From Opitutales bacterium (GTDB taxonomy: Bacteria > Verrucomicrobiota > Verrucomicrobiia > Opitutales > JABSRG01), in NCBI GenBank assembly GCA_049599475.1, contig JBMYOQ010000015.1:1-64000 (forward strand): DNA of 64,000 nucleotides. Direction: 5' to 3'. The notes under the pieces were generated by a model. The model did not search any database, was not told the origin of the DNA, and saw nothing but the letters and a program-made list of their open reading frames with translations. Of this stretch, positions 1-10,360 are shown piece by piece; the stretch's first letter is position 1, and every line of letters starts with the position of its first letter. Both the position numbers and the translations under genes were made by a program.

Positions 1-73
1 GTCGTCGGCTTCCACCAAAATAAACGAAAACACTTTTGAGAACCGACATAAAAGTCAATCTACTCAATATGGC

Positions 74-108
74 AAAAAAAATGGCGACCGGGTAAGGTCG
101 CCATTTTT
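74..108 (-). terminator. Rho-independent (bidirectional) terminator downstream of leuD
   Basis: AAAATGGCGACC-gggtaa-GGTCGCCATTTT hairpin flanked by A/T tracts. Confidence 0.8.
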
Positions 109-127
109 GCAAAGGATAATCCTGAAA

Positions 128-730
128 CTATACCGCCGTATACGGCAGTTTTGCCGCGGTTGCGGTAACGGCATCTGCGCCCTCGAGGAGTTCGCCGATG
201 GGGTCCCATTTTCCGTTCGTTAGCGCAAGGCGGGCTCCGTCACGGATTGAACATGGGATGGATTGATCGCCGAAGCGGATCACGGAATTTTCAAGATCGA
301 TTGTAATCTCTGTTTTAGGCTCGGCTTCGATAGCGGCGACGAGCGATTGAATATCTTCCTTGGTGGCGTTTACGCAAGGGATGCCGAGGTTCGTTGAATT
401 TCCAAAGAAAATCTCGGCGTAACCCTCTGCGATGATCGCGTTGAAGCCTGCGCGGAAGATAGCTTGTGGTGCGTGCTCACGGGAGCTGCCACAGCCGAAA
501 TTGTTTCCAGAAATGATGATTGAGGAGCCTTCGAATTTTGGATCATTGAGCGGGTGCTCGCGATCGTTTCCATCGGCGTCCTTACGCACATCGTAAAACA
601 TGAATTCGCCGAGGGTATCGAAGGTCACGCATTTCATGAAACGCGCTGGGATGATACGGTCGGTATCGATATCGTCACCCGCGATGTATACGCCGGTGCC
701 GCTGACTTGTGTGATTTTTTCCAGTGCCAT
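128..730 (-). CDS. leuD: 3-isopropylmalate dehydratase small subunit
   Basis: DIDTDRIIPARF and NFGCGSSREHAPQA motifs; follows leuC. Confidence 0.97.
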   Translation of the reverse strand: MALEKITQVSGTGVYIAGDDIDTDRIIPARFMKCVTFDTLGEFMFYDVRKDADGNDREHPLNDPKFEGSSIIISGNNFGCGSSREHAPQAIFRAGFNAIIAEGYAEIFFGNSTNLGIPCVNATKEDIQSLVAAIEAEPKTEITIDLENSVIRFGDQSIPCSIRDGARLALTNGKWDPIGELLEGADAVTATAAKLPYTAV

Positions 731-763
731 TGGATTTAAATATTTTTAATTTCGGGTGTGAGC

Positions 764-2191
764 TTAGACAGCTGCGGGTTCGAGGATGCCGAAGGTCTCG
801 CGTGCGTCGGCGACTTTACCTTCAATTGCTGAAGCAGCTACCATGAGGGGGCTCATGAGGAGCGTGCGTCCTGTTGGGCTGCCTTGACGGCCCTTGAAGT
901 TTCGGTTCGACGAACTCGCGCACAGCTGGTCGCCGACGAGTTTGTCTGGATTCATTGCCAAGCACATGGAGCAACCAGCTCCGCGCCATTCAAATCCGGC
1001 CGCGGTGAAGATCTTATCGAGGCCCTTTTCCATAGCGATCTTCGCGACGACTTGAGATCCTGGGACTACGATTGCTTTGACGTGCTCGGCTACAGTGTGC
1101 CCTTCGATAAATTGCGCGACCTCTTCGAGATCAGACAGGCGGCCGTTGGTGCACGATCCGATGAATGCCACATCGATTTGTTTGCCCTTGATGGGGGACT
1201 GACCGTCGAACTGCATGTATTCGAGGGCTTCTGCGATACCGGCGCGCTCGCTCTCGGTGTTGCCGTCCTCGATGGCTGGAATGTTTTCGTCGATGAAAAC
1301 ACCTTGAGAAGGATTGATACCCCAAGTGACGGTTGGTGCGATTTCCGAGGCGTCGAATACTACGACATCATCGTAATCAGCGTCTGCATCGGAAGCGATT
1401 GACTTCCAGTGTGCTACAGAGGATTCCCAATCCGCTCCCTTCGGTGAGAACGGCCGGCCTTCGAGATAGTCGAAAGTCTTTTGGTCTGGGTTTACATAGC
1501 CGACACGTGCTCCGCCCTCGATGGACATGTTGCACACAGTCATGCGCTCTTCCATGGAGAAGTTTTCAAACACTTCGCCAGCGTATTCGTAGGCATATCC
1601 AGTGCCACCGTTTACGCCAAGCTTGCGGATGATGTGGAGAATCACGTCTTTGGCGTAGACGCCTGGGGCGAGCTTTCCATTCACTTCAATGCGGCGGACT
1701 TTCAGGGTGCCCAATGAGATAGTCTGTGTCGCGAGGACGTCGCGGACCATGCTCGTGCCGATACCGAATGCAATTGCGCCAAACGCACCGTGAGTGGATG
1801 TGTGAGAGTCACCGCAGGCGATGGTGGTGCCTGGTTGAGTGATTCCCTGCTCGGGTCCTACGATATGGACAACGCCCTGTTTCCCGGTGTTGGTGTCGAA
1901 AAATGTGATGTCGTTGTCCGCGCAATTCTTTCGGAGCTCCTTGATCATCGCGTCGGCGAGGGGATCTGAGTAGGGCTCACCCACTTCATTTGTGGGGACA
2001 ATGTGGTCCACGGTTGCGAAGGTGCGATGAGGCATTTTGACTGGAACCTTGAGGTCGCGGAGCATGCCGAAAGCCTGAGGGCTAGTCACTTCGTGGATCA
2101 AGTGGGTGCCAATGAGGAGCTGTGTCTGTCCGTTGGATAAAGTACGCACGGCGTGTGCGTCCCAGACTTTTTGAAATAGATTTTTACCCAT
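764..2191 (-). CDS. leuC: 3-isopropylmalate dehydratase large subunit
   Basis: [47 protein letters not shown]. Confidence 0.98.
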   Translation of the reverse strand: MGKNLFQKVWDAHAVRTLSNGQTQLLIGTHLIHEVTSPQAFGMLRDLKVPVKMPHRTFATVDHIVPTNEVGEPYSDPLADAMIKELRKNCADNDITFFDTNTGKQGVVHIVGPEQGITQPGTTIACGDSHTSTHGAFGAIAFGIGTSMVRDVLATQTISLGTLKVRRIEVNGKLAPGVYAKDVILHIIRKLGVNGGTGYAYEYAGEVFENFSMEERMTVCNMSIEGGARVGYVNPDQKTFDYLEGRPFSPKGADWESSVAHWKSIASDADADYDDVVVFDASEIAPTVTWGINPSQGVFIDENIPAIEDGNTESERAGIAEALEYMQFDGQSPIKGKQIDVAFIGSCTNGRLSDLEEVAQFIEGHTVAEHVKAIVVPGSQVVAKIAMEKGLDKIFTAAGFEWRGAGCSMCLAMNPDKLVGDQLCASSSNRNFKGRQGSPTGRTLLMSPLMVAASAIEGKVADARETFGILEPAAV

Positions 2192-2296
2192 GACTGTTAC
2201 CTTTGTTCGGTGAGAAAAGCCGAAAAAAGTGCGCGTTTACACGCAGTCTGGCAACCCCAAAAGTGAGTGTTGGCGCGGGAAAGCGGACGTGGAGAT

Positions 2297-3070
2297 CTAT
2301 TCGCCGATCTCGAGTCGCTGGGCTGAGAAGAGTGGGAGCTCGGTGTCTAAGATCGCTTTTTGTGCGCTTTGAATATCGTAGATGACTCGCCTTAAGAGGG
2401 CTACGCGCTGCGAAGGAGAGTAAATAATGTAAGCTGCACGGGGATCGCCATCTCGCGGTTGGCCAACGGATCCTACATTGATGGTCGTTGTCAGGCGGCA
2501 ATCGAGCTGAAGTCCATCGATGAGGGAGGCCTCGATCACATTGTCGTAGCTGAGGAACGTTTCCCCGATATCCTGATCGGTTAGGCTGTAGGCAACAGGG
2601 ACGTGGGTATGGCCCATGAAGGACAGCCAGGTCCGCTGATGGCTCATGTGCTCCTCAGCTGCGACCGTTGAAAAAATGTATCCCCAGTCTTCGTCTTTAC
2701 TGAGCGAGGCATGTGAGATTGTAATATAATCAACCTCCAAAACGCGCGGGAGATTCCCAAGATACTCGATTTGGTCCGGCTTCAGCACTTGTTTGGAGTA
2801 AAGTACCCCGGCGACCGCACCCGTCATTAAAGCGTCGGTGGGGATCTCTACGGCAGTCATCCAATCGTGATTTCCCTGTACGACCGGGCAGTCGAGATTG
2901 CGTATCGTATCTAAGCATTCCGCCGGATAGGCCCCGTAGCCAACGATGTCGCCCAGACAAATGAAGCGCTCCACATCCATGAGGAACGCATCCTCAAGGA
3001 CAGCTTGAAGGGCATGTATATTGGCGTGGACATCGCTGAAAATGGCAATGCGATCTTCGGTTGGCAGCAT
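2297..3070 (-). CDS. Calcineurin-like metallophosphoesterase
   Basis: DVHAN, GDIVGYG, GNHD, GHTH, NVGSVGQPRDGDPRA motifs. Confidence 0.9.
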   Translation of the reverse strand: MLPTEDRIAIFSDVHANIHALQAVLEDAFLMDVERFICLGDIVGYGAYPAECLDTIRNLDCPVVQGNHDWMTAVEIPTDALMTGAVAGVLYSKQVLKPDQIEYLGNLPRVLEVDYITISHASLSKDEDWGYIFSTVAAEEHMSHQRTWLSFMGHTHVPVAYSLTDQDIGETFLSYDNVIEASLIDGLQLDCRLTTTINVGSVGQPRDGDPRAAYIIYSPSQRVALLRRVIYDIQSAQKAILDTELPLFSAQRLEIGE

Positions 3071-3237
3071 GATTTGGGGCGGTTAGCCTAAAATGGTTGG
3101 GCTGATATAGAATTCGGATCTAGATCGCGCAATTGAATCAATTCTCTGTGATTTGTCGGAAGGAATACTTTGAAATTCGCAAGGAGAAGGTTTGACGAGA
3201 CTAATTTGAGGGCGGCATGCTTCGCATTTACAAGACT

Positions 3238-4335
3238 ATGGGAAGCACATTCGGTACACTTTTTAAGATTTCAACTTGGGGTGAAAGTCACGGCGGCGGC
3301 GTGGGCGTGGTCCTGGATGGATGCCCTCCAGGTGTCGAGATCACCGAAGAGGAGATTCAGTTTGAGCTCGATCGGCGTAAGCCTGGGCAGAGCCGTATCT
3401 CAACTCCTCGCAAGGAAGCCGACTCGGTAACGATCGTATCGGGCGTCTACCAGGGGAAGACTTTGGGCACTCCAATTGCCATGATGGTGGCCAATAAAGA
3501 CCATAATCCTTCGGCTTATGATGAGATGCGGGATAAGTTCCGCCCATCGCATGCGGACTTCACCTACGAAACGAAATACGGCCTGCGCAATCCTGAGGGG
3601 GGAGGCCGTTCGTCTGCGCGTGAAACGATTGGTCGTGTCGCCGCTGGCGCAATTGCTAAAAAGATTTTGGCGGCAAACGGAGTAGAGATTCGCGCCTTTG
3701 TTTCTAGCATCCATACGATTGATGCTCCGGCGATTTCGGAATTTCCGTCCTTGGAGGCTGTGGAGGCGACGCCTGTGCGTTGCCCGGATCCGGAGGCGGC
3801 TGAGACGATGATTGCGCGCATTAAAGAGGTCCGCAATCAGGGAAACAGCGTGGGTGGCCGTATTCAGTGCAAGGTCCAAGGCCTTCCGGTCGGACTCGGA
3901 GATCCGGTCTTTGATCGCCTCGAAGCAGATCTTGCGAAAGCCATGTTGTCATTGCCGGCCACCAAAGGTTTTGAGGTAGGTTCTGGATTTGAAGGTACCC
4001 GGATGACGGGTTTGGAGCACAATGACATCTTTACAACGAACACTGATGGGAGTGTAGGCACGGAGACCAATCGTTCCGGGGGCGTTCAGGGGGGCATTTC
4101 GAACGGGGAAGAGCTCTACTTTAACGTAGCCTTTAAGCCAACCGCGACGGTTCGCTCCGCTCAAAATACGGTGGATAAAGACGGTAAAACGGTCGAAATC
4201 GAGGGCAAGGGACGCCATGATCCGTGTGTCGTGCCGCGTGCTGTGCCGATCGTCGAGTCCATGGCGGCCTTGGTGATAATCGATCACTGGATGCGCTTTT
4301 TCGCGCAGTCTAAGGCGTTTGCGCCCGCAGAATAG
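3238..4335 (+). CDS. aroC: Chorismate synthase
   Basis: [28 protein letters not shown]; start placed at MGSTFG. Confidence 0.97.
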   Translation: MGSTFGTLFKISTWGESHGGGVGVVLDGCPPGVEITEEEIQFELDRRKPGQSRISTPRKEADSVTIVSGVYQGKTLGTPIAMMVANKDHNPSAYDEMRDKFRPSHADFTYETKYGLRNPEGGGRSSARETIGRVAAGAIAKKILAANGVEIRAFVSSIHTIDAPAISEFPSLEAVEATPVRCPDPEAAETMIARIKEVRNQGNSVGGRIQCKVQGLPVGLGDPVFDRLEADLAKAMLSLPATKGFEVGSGFEGTRMTGLEHNDIFTTNTDGSVGTETNRSGGVQGGISNGEELYFNVAFKPTATVRSAQNTVDKDGKTVEIEGKGRHDPCVVPRAVPIVESMAALVIIDHWMRFFAQSKAFAPAE

Positions 4336-4346
4336 TTTGTTTTTTT

Positions 4347-5120
4347 ATGAGTGGACGACCCAACATTTATTTAGTTCTAGGCACTCCTGGTTCTGGCCGG
4401 AGAGCTGTCTTGCTGGATATGTTGGAGAATGGACAGAGCCCGGGCCGCAATAGTGTGGTCCTGATGTCGCGCGCGGATACGGATACGCCTGAGGCGCGTG
4501 CGATACATGCGTCTGAGTCTTGTACACTGGTCCCATGGGCCTGGGATGACGCTCATTCCGAAATCCAGTGTGATGCTCTGAATCCTGGAGCAGGTTCGGG
4601 AGACGATGATATCTTTCTCATTGGCGAGCCTTTGAGAAGCCCGGTCGATCAGATTGAGGCACTCACAAAGTTCGTCGAATACATGGACTTCCGCATCGCG
4701 CGCATTTTCACGCTCGTTGATTGTGCGCGGGTCAGTGCTCACGAAGGCTACGAATTTGAACGCTGGCTGGATGCTTGCATTCATTTCTCTGATTGTGTGT
4801 TGCTGAATCACCGCCACGGGGTGTCGCCTCGGTGGATCCAGGATTTTCAGAATCGTTATACCAAGCAGCACTATCCGTGTCTTTTCTTGCTGGTGAAAAA
4901 GGCGAAGCTGGAGAACCCAGCTTTGGCCCTCGATCCTGAGCCACGCCGTGTCTCATTGGCCTTCGATGTCGTAGAGCCCGAGTTCGAATACGATCCTGAG
5001 ATCGAGGAAGAGCCGGATTTGATGGGAGAAGAGGACCCCTATTTTGTCCGCCTAGTGAGTGGACAGCGTGAGAAAATTGTGCCTGATATTGCACCGCTCT
5101 TTGCCGACTTAGGTAAATAG
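4347..5120 (+). CDS. Hypothetical protein, degenerate P-loop/CobW-like
   Basis: 257-aa ORF tightly following aroC; LVLGTPGSGRR (Walker A-like, no Lys) and FSDCVLLNH. Confidence 0.6.
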   Translation: MSGRPNIYLVLGTPGSGRRAVLLDMLENGQSPGRNSVVLMSRADTDTPEARAIHASESCTLVPWAWDDAHSEIQCDALNPGAGSGDDDIFLIGEPLRSPVDQIEALTKFVEYMDFRIARIFTLVDCARVSAHEGYEFERWLDACIHFSDCVLLNHRHGVSPRWIQDFQNRYTKQHYPCLFLLVKKAKLENPALALDPEPRRVSLAFDVVEPEFEYDPEIEEEPDLMGEEDPYFVRLVSGQREKIVPDIAPLFADLGK

Positions 5121-5165
5121 GCGCACCCACACAATTTTCCAAGATGCCGAATTCTTCCACCATAT

Positions 5166-6038
5166 ATGAAATTCGCCATTACCCATACTACGACCTATCA
5201 TTACCAAGGGCCGGTTCGAGAGAGCTTCAACGAAGCTCGCCTTCAGCCGGTAGATGATGGTTTTCAAAAGTGTCTGGGATTTGCGCTGACCATTAGCGAG
5301 CAGGCATCTACGCGTTCGTACAAAGATTTTTACGGCAATCGGGTGGTCTCTTTTGAGATTTCATCGTCGCATGGTGGATTGGAAGTGTCCTCCGAATCGC
5401 AGGTGGAGGTGCTGGGCTCTCAAGAAAAGGAGATTGAGGCGGCTCGCGCAATGAAGCCTATCCCGATATCGTCGTTGAAGCAGGCCGCCGTGCTCGAGAA
5501 TATTTACGACTATGTCATGCCTAGCCATTACACACCTGCGAACGGGGCACTATGGCGTTTTGCGATGGATTGCTTTTCCGCGACAAATGGGTATTGGGAG
5601 TTTTTAAATGAATTGAATAGTCGGGTGTATCAGAATCTTGAATATGTCCGTGGTGAGACCGAGGTGGACACCTTGGCGGATCAAGCGTTTGAGAAAAAAA
5701 GAGGCGTGTGTCAGGATTATGCGCACATATATATTGCGGCGGCTCGCACTCTGTCGGTTCCGGTTCGTTATGTGAGCGGCTATTTGTATGTGCCGGAGGA
5801 GAAGGGCGAGGGTCTGGAGAAAATATCAGCGATGGAGACTCATGCTTGGGTAGAGGCGTACATGCCAGAGGTGGGCTGGTTAGCCTTTGATCCAACACAT
5901 AATCGCTTGTGTGATGAAAATTACATTACGCTTGCGCGAGGTCGAGACTATGGAGACGCCCGCCCTTTGTCTGGAACCTATCGTGGAGCTCCGGTCGAAA
6001 GTATGAAAGTCGTAGTTACTGTAGAGTCACTCGATTAG
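5166..6038 (+). CDS. Transglutaminase-like protein with bacterial N-terminal domain
   Basis: ITHTTTYHY N-terminus; GVCQDYAH / HAWVE / FDPT Cys-His-Asp triad; GRDYGD. Confidence 0.92.
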   Translation: MKFAITHTTTYHYQGPVRESFNEARLQPVDDGFQKCLGFALTISEQASTRSYKDFYGNRVVSFEISSSHGGLEVSSESQVEVLGSQEKEIEAARAMKPIPISSLKQAAVLENIYDYVMPSHYTPANGALWRFAMDCFSATNGYWEFLNELNSRVYQNLEYVRGETEVDTLADQAFEKKRGVCQDYAHIYIAAARTLSVPVRYVSGYLYVPEEKGEGLEKISAMETHAWVEAYMPEVGWLAFDPTHNRLCDENYITLARGRDYGDARPLSGTYRGAPVESMKVVVTVESLD

Positions 6039-6050
6039 AGGCGTCTAGAT

Positions 6051-7070
6051 TTATTCCTGAAGGGATGAATCGAATTTCTCCAGAAATGCCGACTTCTCTG
6101 CTTTATTCATGAATGAGTGCTCAATCGCATTGCGTAACATTTTTACTAATACATCTTCTGAGAAATTGAATGTGTCTGCGACGGCGACGAGCTCGTCCAT
6201 CATTTGACAGTCAAACATTGGTGGGTCGTCGGAATTTACACACACAGGGATGCCTGCTTCAATTAGCTTTGGAATAGAGTGCATTTTCATTTCCGGAAAA
6301 ACTTTCAGCTGAATATTGCTGATCGGGCAGACTGTCAGGAGGATTTGTTTTTCGGCCAGGTGTTCGAGGAGCTTTGGGTCTTCATACGCTTGTACGCCAT
6401 GTTCAATACGCTCGACTCCGCAGCTCAAGGCATCCCAAACGCTCTCGGGTCCGCCATCTTCGCCTGCGTGGGCAGTGAGCGGGAAAACGGCTGCTTTTGC
6501 ATAATCGAAGATGCTTTTTAGGCGCGAGGCTGGGTAGCCTGCTTCTTGGCAGTCTAGGCCGATTCCAATGATGCCAGCTTTTTCGCGATCGCGCTCTGCG
6601 AGTTTGGTGTGCTCTAAGGCTGTCTCTTCGGGCAGAGTGCGATCTAAGTCGCAAATGAAAGCGGTGTGCACTCCGTGTTTCTCGCGGTTGCGTTTAATTC
6701 CCTCCTCAAGGCCTTCGACAATGGCTTCCCATTTGACTCCTCGACGTGAAACTAAGCCATAGGTCACGAATAGTTCGTGGTAGAGGATGTTTTGTTTGGC
6801 CGCTTCAATGCCGTGGCGCTCTACGGCGTCGGCGTAGTCTTCAGCAGTGTTGAGGGTACTTACAGTAGTTCTTAAGATGCCAATAAATTGGTCCAGCGAA
6901 GTGAACGTGTAGAATCCTTTGGCAGATTCCGGGCTGTCGAAAGGAAGGCTCATGCCGTTTTTGGCGGCGAATTTGAGCGCTAAATCAGGATACATCGAGC
7001 CGCCTTCCAGGTGGTTATGTAATTCGACTTTCGGGAGTTTGAGCAATTTATTGTAGAGGGCTGAATCCAT
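6051..7070 (-). CDS. add: Adenosine/adenine deaminase family protein
   Basis: PKVELHNHLEG, AHAGE, RIEHG, NSDDP; substrate not certain. Confidence 0.88.
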   Translation of the reverse strand: MDSALYNKLLKLPKVELHNHLEGGSMYPDLALKFAAKNGMSLPFDSPESAKGFYTFTSLDQFIGILRTTVSTLNTAEDYADAVERHGIEAAKQNILYHELFVTYGLVSRRGVKWEAIVEGLEEGIKRNREKHGVHTAFICDLDRTLPEETALEHTKLAERDREKAGIIGIGLDCQEAGYPASRLKSIFDYAKAAVFPLTAHAGEDGGPESVWDALSCGVERIEHGVQAYEDPKLLEHLAEKQILLTVCPISNIQLKVFPEMKMHSIPKLIEAGIPVCVNSDDPPMFDCQMMDELVAVADTFNFSEDVLVKMLRNAIEHSFMNKAEKSAFLEKFDSSLQE

Positions 7071-7130
7071 AGTTTTCTCTAGCAAATTGTGTGCTTGGGA
7101 TCTGGCTCACGGGTTGCTGAGTGTAGCCTT

Positions 7131-7820
7131 ATGCAGCAGGATAAGATGGAGCAGAAATATGGGATATTGCTGGGCTTTTATGTGGGCTTTTGGGGCATGC
7201 TTCAGCTGCTCACCGTGAAATTGGTAGAAGTCGATATGAGCTGGTTGGGCTTGGGGCTGTTGGGATTCAGTTACGGTTCCTTCGTGCATGCCTTTACTTT
7301 CCCGTGCACTGACGCAGTTGCAGAGGTGTGGGGGGCGAAGCGTGCTCGATTTATGGTCTACTTGGGATTTGTGATGTATGCGCTGAGCACGATTTTGGTG
7401 TATGTCGCGACGAAGTTACCATCGGCTGCCAATTGGGCTTTTCACGATGAATATAATGCAATTTTTGAAGGAGCGCCGCGAGTTGTTGCCGGATCTATGG
7501 TCGCAACGATCTTTGCTCAGCTCTGGGATATTTTTATCTTCGAATGGATAAAAAAGCTCACGGGGACGAAGATGCTCTGGCTGCGTAATAATTTGTCGAC
7601 CTGGGGTTCGCAGTTTTTCGACACGATTCTTTTTTACGGAATCGCATTTTATGGAGTGATTCCCAATGACGTCCTTCCCGGGATCGTGCTCGGGGGCTTT
7701 TTGCTCAAAATTCTCGTGGCAGCAATCGATACGCCGATGGTCTACCTGCTGGTATACTGGTTGACGGGTTCCTTCTCGGCTAAAGGAGATCTCGAGGAAA
7801 AGGTGGATTCGCCTGCTTAG
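7131..7820 (+). CDS. Queuosine precursor transporter (YhhQ/VUT family)
   Basis: TDAVAEVWG..AR, PRVVAGS, WLRNNLST..SQFFDTILF; multiple TM helices; start uncertain. Confidence 0.85.
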   Translation: MQQDKMEQKYGILLGFYVGFWGMLQLLTVKLVEVDMSWLGLGLLGFSYGSFVHAFTFPCTDAVAEVWGAKRARFMVYLGFVMYALSTILVYVATKLPSAANWAFHDEYNAIFEGAPRVVAGSMVATIFAQLWDIFIFEWIKKLTGTKMLWLRNNLSTWGSQFFDTILFYGIAFYGVIPNDVLPGIVLGGFLLKILVAAIDTPMVYLLVYWLTGSFSAKGDLEEKVDSPA

Positions 7821-8815
7821 CCTTTGCTGAGCGCGCGCCTTACGCGGTCATCTAGGCCCGGGTCGTTGAAGGTCTCGGGCCAGTCCGCGAGGTAGATGCG
7901 GTCGATCGACGGATCGGCATCGAGAGTGTTTAGGGTGTGGTAGAGGTTCCTACGGATCATGCGAATGTCCTTTGGGTCTCCCAAATGAAATGTCTGTGCG
8001 GAGTCGTTTTTCTTTGGCTCCTTGGGGTCTGTGCAAAAGAGCAGGGCGTCTCTTTCTGTGAATGAATCGCTATCTGCGTGCGCTATGGCAGAAATTGGTT
8101 TTTTGGGAGCGTAGTGTTTTTCGAAGTTTCCGGGTGCGACTTGTGCCTCGCTGGATGGAGAAGTCTGCGGGCTTAAGTGAACTGGAACTTCCAGGACTTC
8201 TGATATGGCTTGGGCGCTTATCGGGCCTGGTCTCAAGATTTTCAAGTTTTCAGGATCTGAGAGGTCGAGAATGGTGGATTCGATTCCTTCCTCGCAGGGC
8301 CCACCATCTACAACATATGGAATCTTTCCGCCAAGCGTGTGGTAAACATGTTCGGCGCGGGTCGGGCTTATGTATGTGAAGGGATTCGCGCTGGGGGCTG
8401 CTAAGGGGGTTTTACAGGCTTGGATAATTTCTAGAAAGTCTGGGTGTCTAGGCATCCGGAACCCGGCGGTGGGGAGTCCAGCGGTCGCTAAATCGGGCAC
8501 GGAGTCCTTTTTGTTGAGAACTAGGGTGAGGGGCCCCGGCCAAAAGGCTTCAGTGAGTTTCTTTAAGGTGTGCGGATTGAAGTCTTTTGCCCACTCCGTG
8601 AGCCACGAGCTGTCGCCTATGTGGAGAATCAGTGGGTCATTCAGGGGGCGCCCTTTGATTTCAAAAATACGCCGAAGGGCAGCTTCGTTGTTTGCGGGAG
8701 CTGCCAGCCCATACACTGTCTCGGTTGGTACTGCGATCGGCTGTCCTTCCAAAAGAGTACAAACAAAAAGGTCCAGATGAGCGTCATCTGAACCTGAAAG
8801 GATCTGCGTGTTCAC
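7817..8815 (-). CDS. tsaC: Threonylcarbamoyl-AMP synthase (Sua5/TsaC)
   Basis: PTETVYGL, KGRPLNDPLILH, FWPGPLT, APSAN, GIESTILD plus SUA5 C-terminal domain (APG..KHYAP). Confidence 0.93.
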   Translation of the reverse strand: MNTQILSGSDDAHLDLFVCTLLEGQPIAVPTETVYGLAAPANNEAALRRIFEIKGRPLNDPLILHIGDSSWLTEWAKDFNPHTLKKLTEAFWPGPLTLVLNKKDSVPDLATAGLPTAGFRMPRHPDFLEIIQACKTPLAAPSANPFTYISPTRAEHVYHTLGGKIPYVVDGGPCEEGIESTILDLSDPENLKILRPGPISAQAISEVLEVPVHLSPQTSPSSEAQVAPGNFEKHYAPKKPISAIAHADSDSFTERDALLFCTDPKEPKKNDSAQTFHLGDPKDIRMIRRNLYHTLNTLDADPSIDRIYLADWPETFNDPGLDDRVRRALSKG

Positions 8816-8854
8816 CGAGCTGTCGGCGTGAAGGGCTGTTCAGTCCGTGACTGA

Positions 8855-9049
8855 CTACTTCATGAGCAACATATTGCGCGCCTGCTTGATGATGCGTGCG
8901 ATATGGCGTTGCTGCTTGGCTGTGAGGCCAGTGATACGGCGTGGAAGGATCTTGCCGGTGTCAGTAACATAACGGCTCAACCACTCCGTGTCTCGGAAAG
9001 TGAGATCGAGCACGTTGCGTGAACGAGTTTGTGTTTCTTCGGTGGTCAT
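8855..9049 (-). CDS. rpsR: 30S ribosomal protein S18
   Basis: [33 protein letters not shown]. Confidence 0.95.
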   Translation of the reverse strand: MTTEETQTRSRNVLDLTFRDTEWLSRYVTDTGKILPRRITGLTAKQQRHIARIIKQARNMLLMK

Positions 9050-9191
9050 AAGCGGTCGGATAGTGGGCCTAGAATTCTATCTGGCAATCCAAAAACGCTG
9101 CTGAATCAATTTTTCTATCCTCGCAAAATTCAGAACGAGAGCTCCTGAAATCACAAGGGCCCACATTCTCTTTGTGAGACTCGGAAACGAA

Positions 9192-9218
9192 AAAAGGAAT
9201 TCGATGGGAATTCCTTTT
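9192..9218 (-). terminator. Probable terminator downstream of tRNA-Glu
   Basis: AAAAGGAATTC-gatgg-GAATTCCTTTT hairpin. Confidence 0.55.
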
Positions 9219-9273
9219 GGTCGTTTGAGTTGGACTGTTTTTTCCAAAACTTTGGTCTTATGAATGCCAAAAA

Positions 9274-9354
<81 letters not shown>

Positions 9355-9454
9355 GCTTGGAAAAGCTTTCCAAACTACTTTTGGGCACCGGCTCTGCAAG
9401 CGTTTTTTTAAAAAAATGTTTGGCGACGGCTCCGAGGTCGCTCATTCCCTAGAC

Positions 9455-10360
9455 ATGGCTGTATTTTCTGAGCGCGCAATTACTGATGTGAAGGCCGATT
9501 CCCTGAAATATTTGGGTTCGGGAAAAGTGAGAGAACTCTTCGCTTGGGATGATGAATATCTCGTTTTCGTAGCAACCGATCGACTTTCAGCGTTCGATGT
9601 GGTGATGAGTGAAGGGATACCTGGAAAAGGGGAAATCCTCACGCAGATGAGCCAATTCTGGTTCGATTATATGGGGGATGCCGTCGATTCCCACATCGTG
9701 CCCGAGGCTGAGCAGCCTGCAGCATGGAAACAGTTTTTGGCGGAAAATCCTGAATTGAAGCTCCGGACCATGTTTGTGAAGCGCGTGGAGCCTCTGGCCT
9801 TTGAGTTTGTAGTGCGGGGGTATCTATCTGGCAGCGGTTGGAAGGCTTATCAGGCGTCGCAGTCGGTATGTGGTATCGATTTGCCTGCGGGTCTTCTGGA
9901 ATCTTCAAAATTACCGGAGCCGATCTTGACGCCTACGACCAAGGCTCACGCTGGGCATGATGAACCGGTGACGCATGATGTCTGCCGTCAAGATCTGGGG
10001 AATGCGGATTTCGAGTTCCTGCGCGATACCTCGATTGAAATTTTTAAACGCGCCTCCGAATACGCTGGGGCGCGTGGAATCATTTTGGCGGATACGAAGT
10101 TTGAATTTGGGCGTAAAGCGGATGGATCGCTGGTGTTGATCGATGAAATATTCACGCCAGACTCTGCACGTTATTGGCCTGCAGACTCCTACGAACCCGG
10201 GAAATCGCAACCGAGTTTCGATAAGCAATTTGTCCGTGATTGGTTGGAGACTCTGGATTGGGATAAAACGCCCCCTGCGCCGACTCTACCTCGCGAGGTC
10301 ATCGAGGGAACACGTGCGCGCTATTTAGAGGCTTACCGAAAATTGGTTGGCGAGTCCTAG
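9455..10360 (+). CDS. purC: SAICAR synthase
   Basis: GKVRE, TDRLSAFD, GIILADTKFEFG, DEIFTPDSARYW, SFDKQFVRDWL. Confidence 0.97.
   Translation: MAVFSERAITDVKADSLKYLGSGKVRELFAWDDEYLVFVATDRLSAFDVVMSEGIPGKGEILTQMSQFWFDYMGDAVDSHIVPEAEQPAAWKQFLAENPELKLRTMFVKRVEPLAFEFVVRGYLSGSGWKAYQASQSVCGIDLPAGLLESSKLPEPILTPTTKAHAGHDEPVTHDVCRQDLGNADFEFLRDTSIEIFKRASEYAGARGIILADTKFEFGRKADGSLVLIDEIFTPDSARYWPADSYEPGKSQPSFDKQFVRDWLETLDWDKTPPAPTLPREVIEGTRARYLEAYRKLVGES

Noticed and set aside
1..17. GTCGTCGGCTTCCACCA resembles a tRNA/tmRNA 3' end
   Set aside because: Only 17 nt are visible and the T-stem register does not fit, so it cannot be supported.
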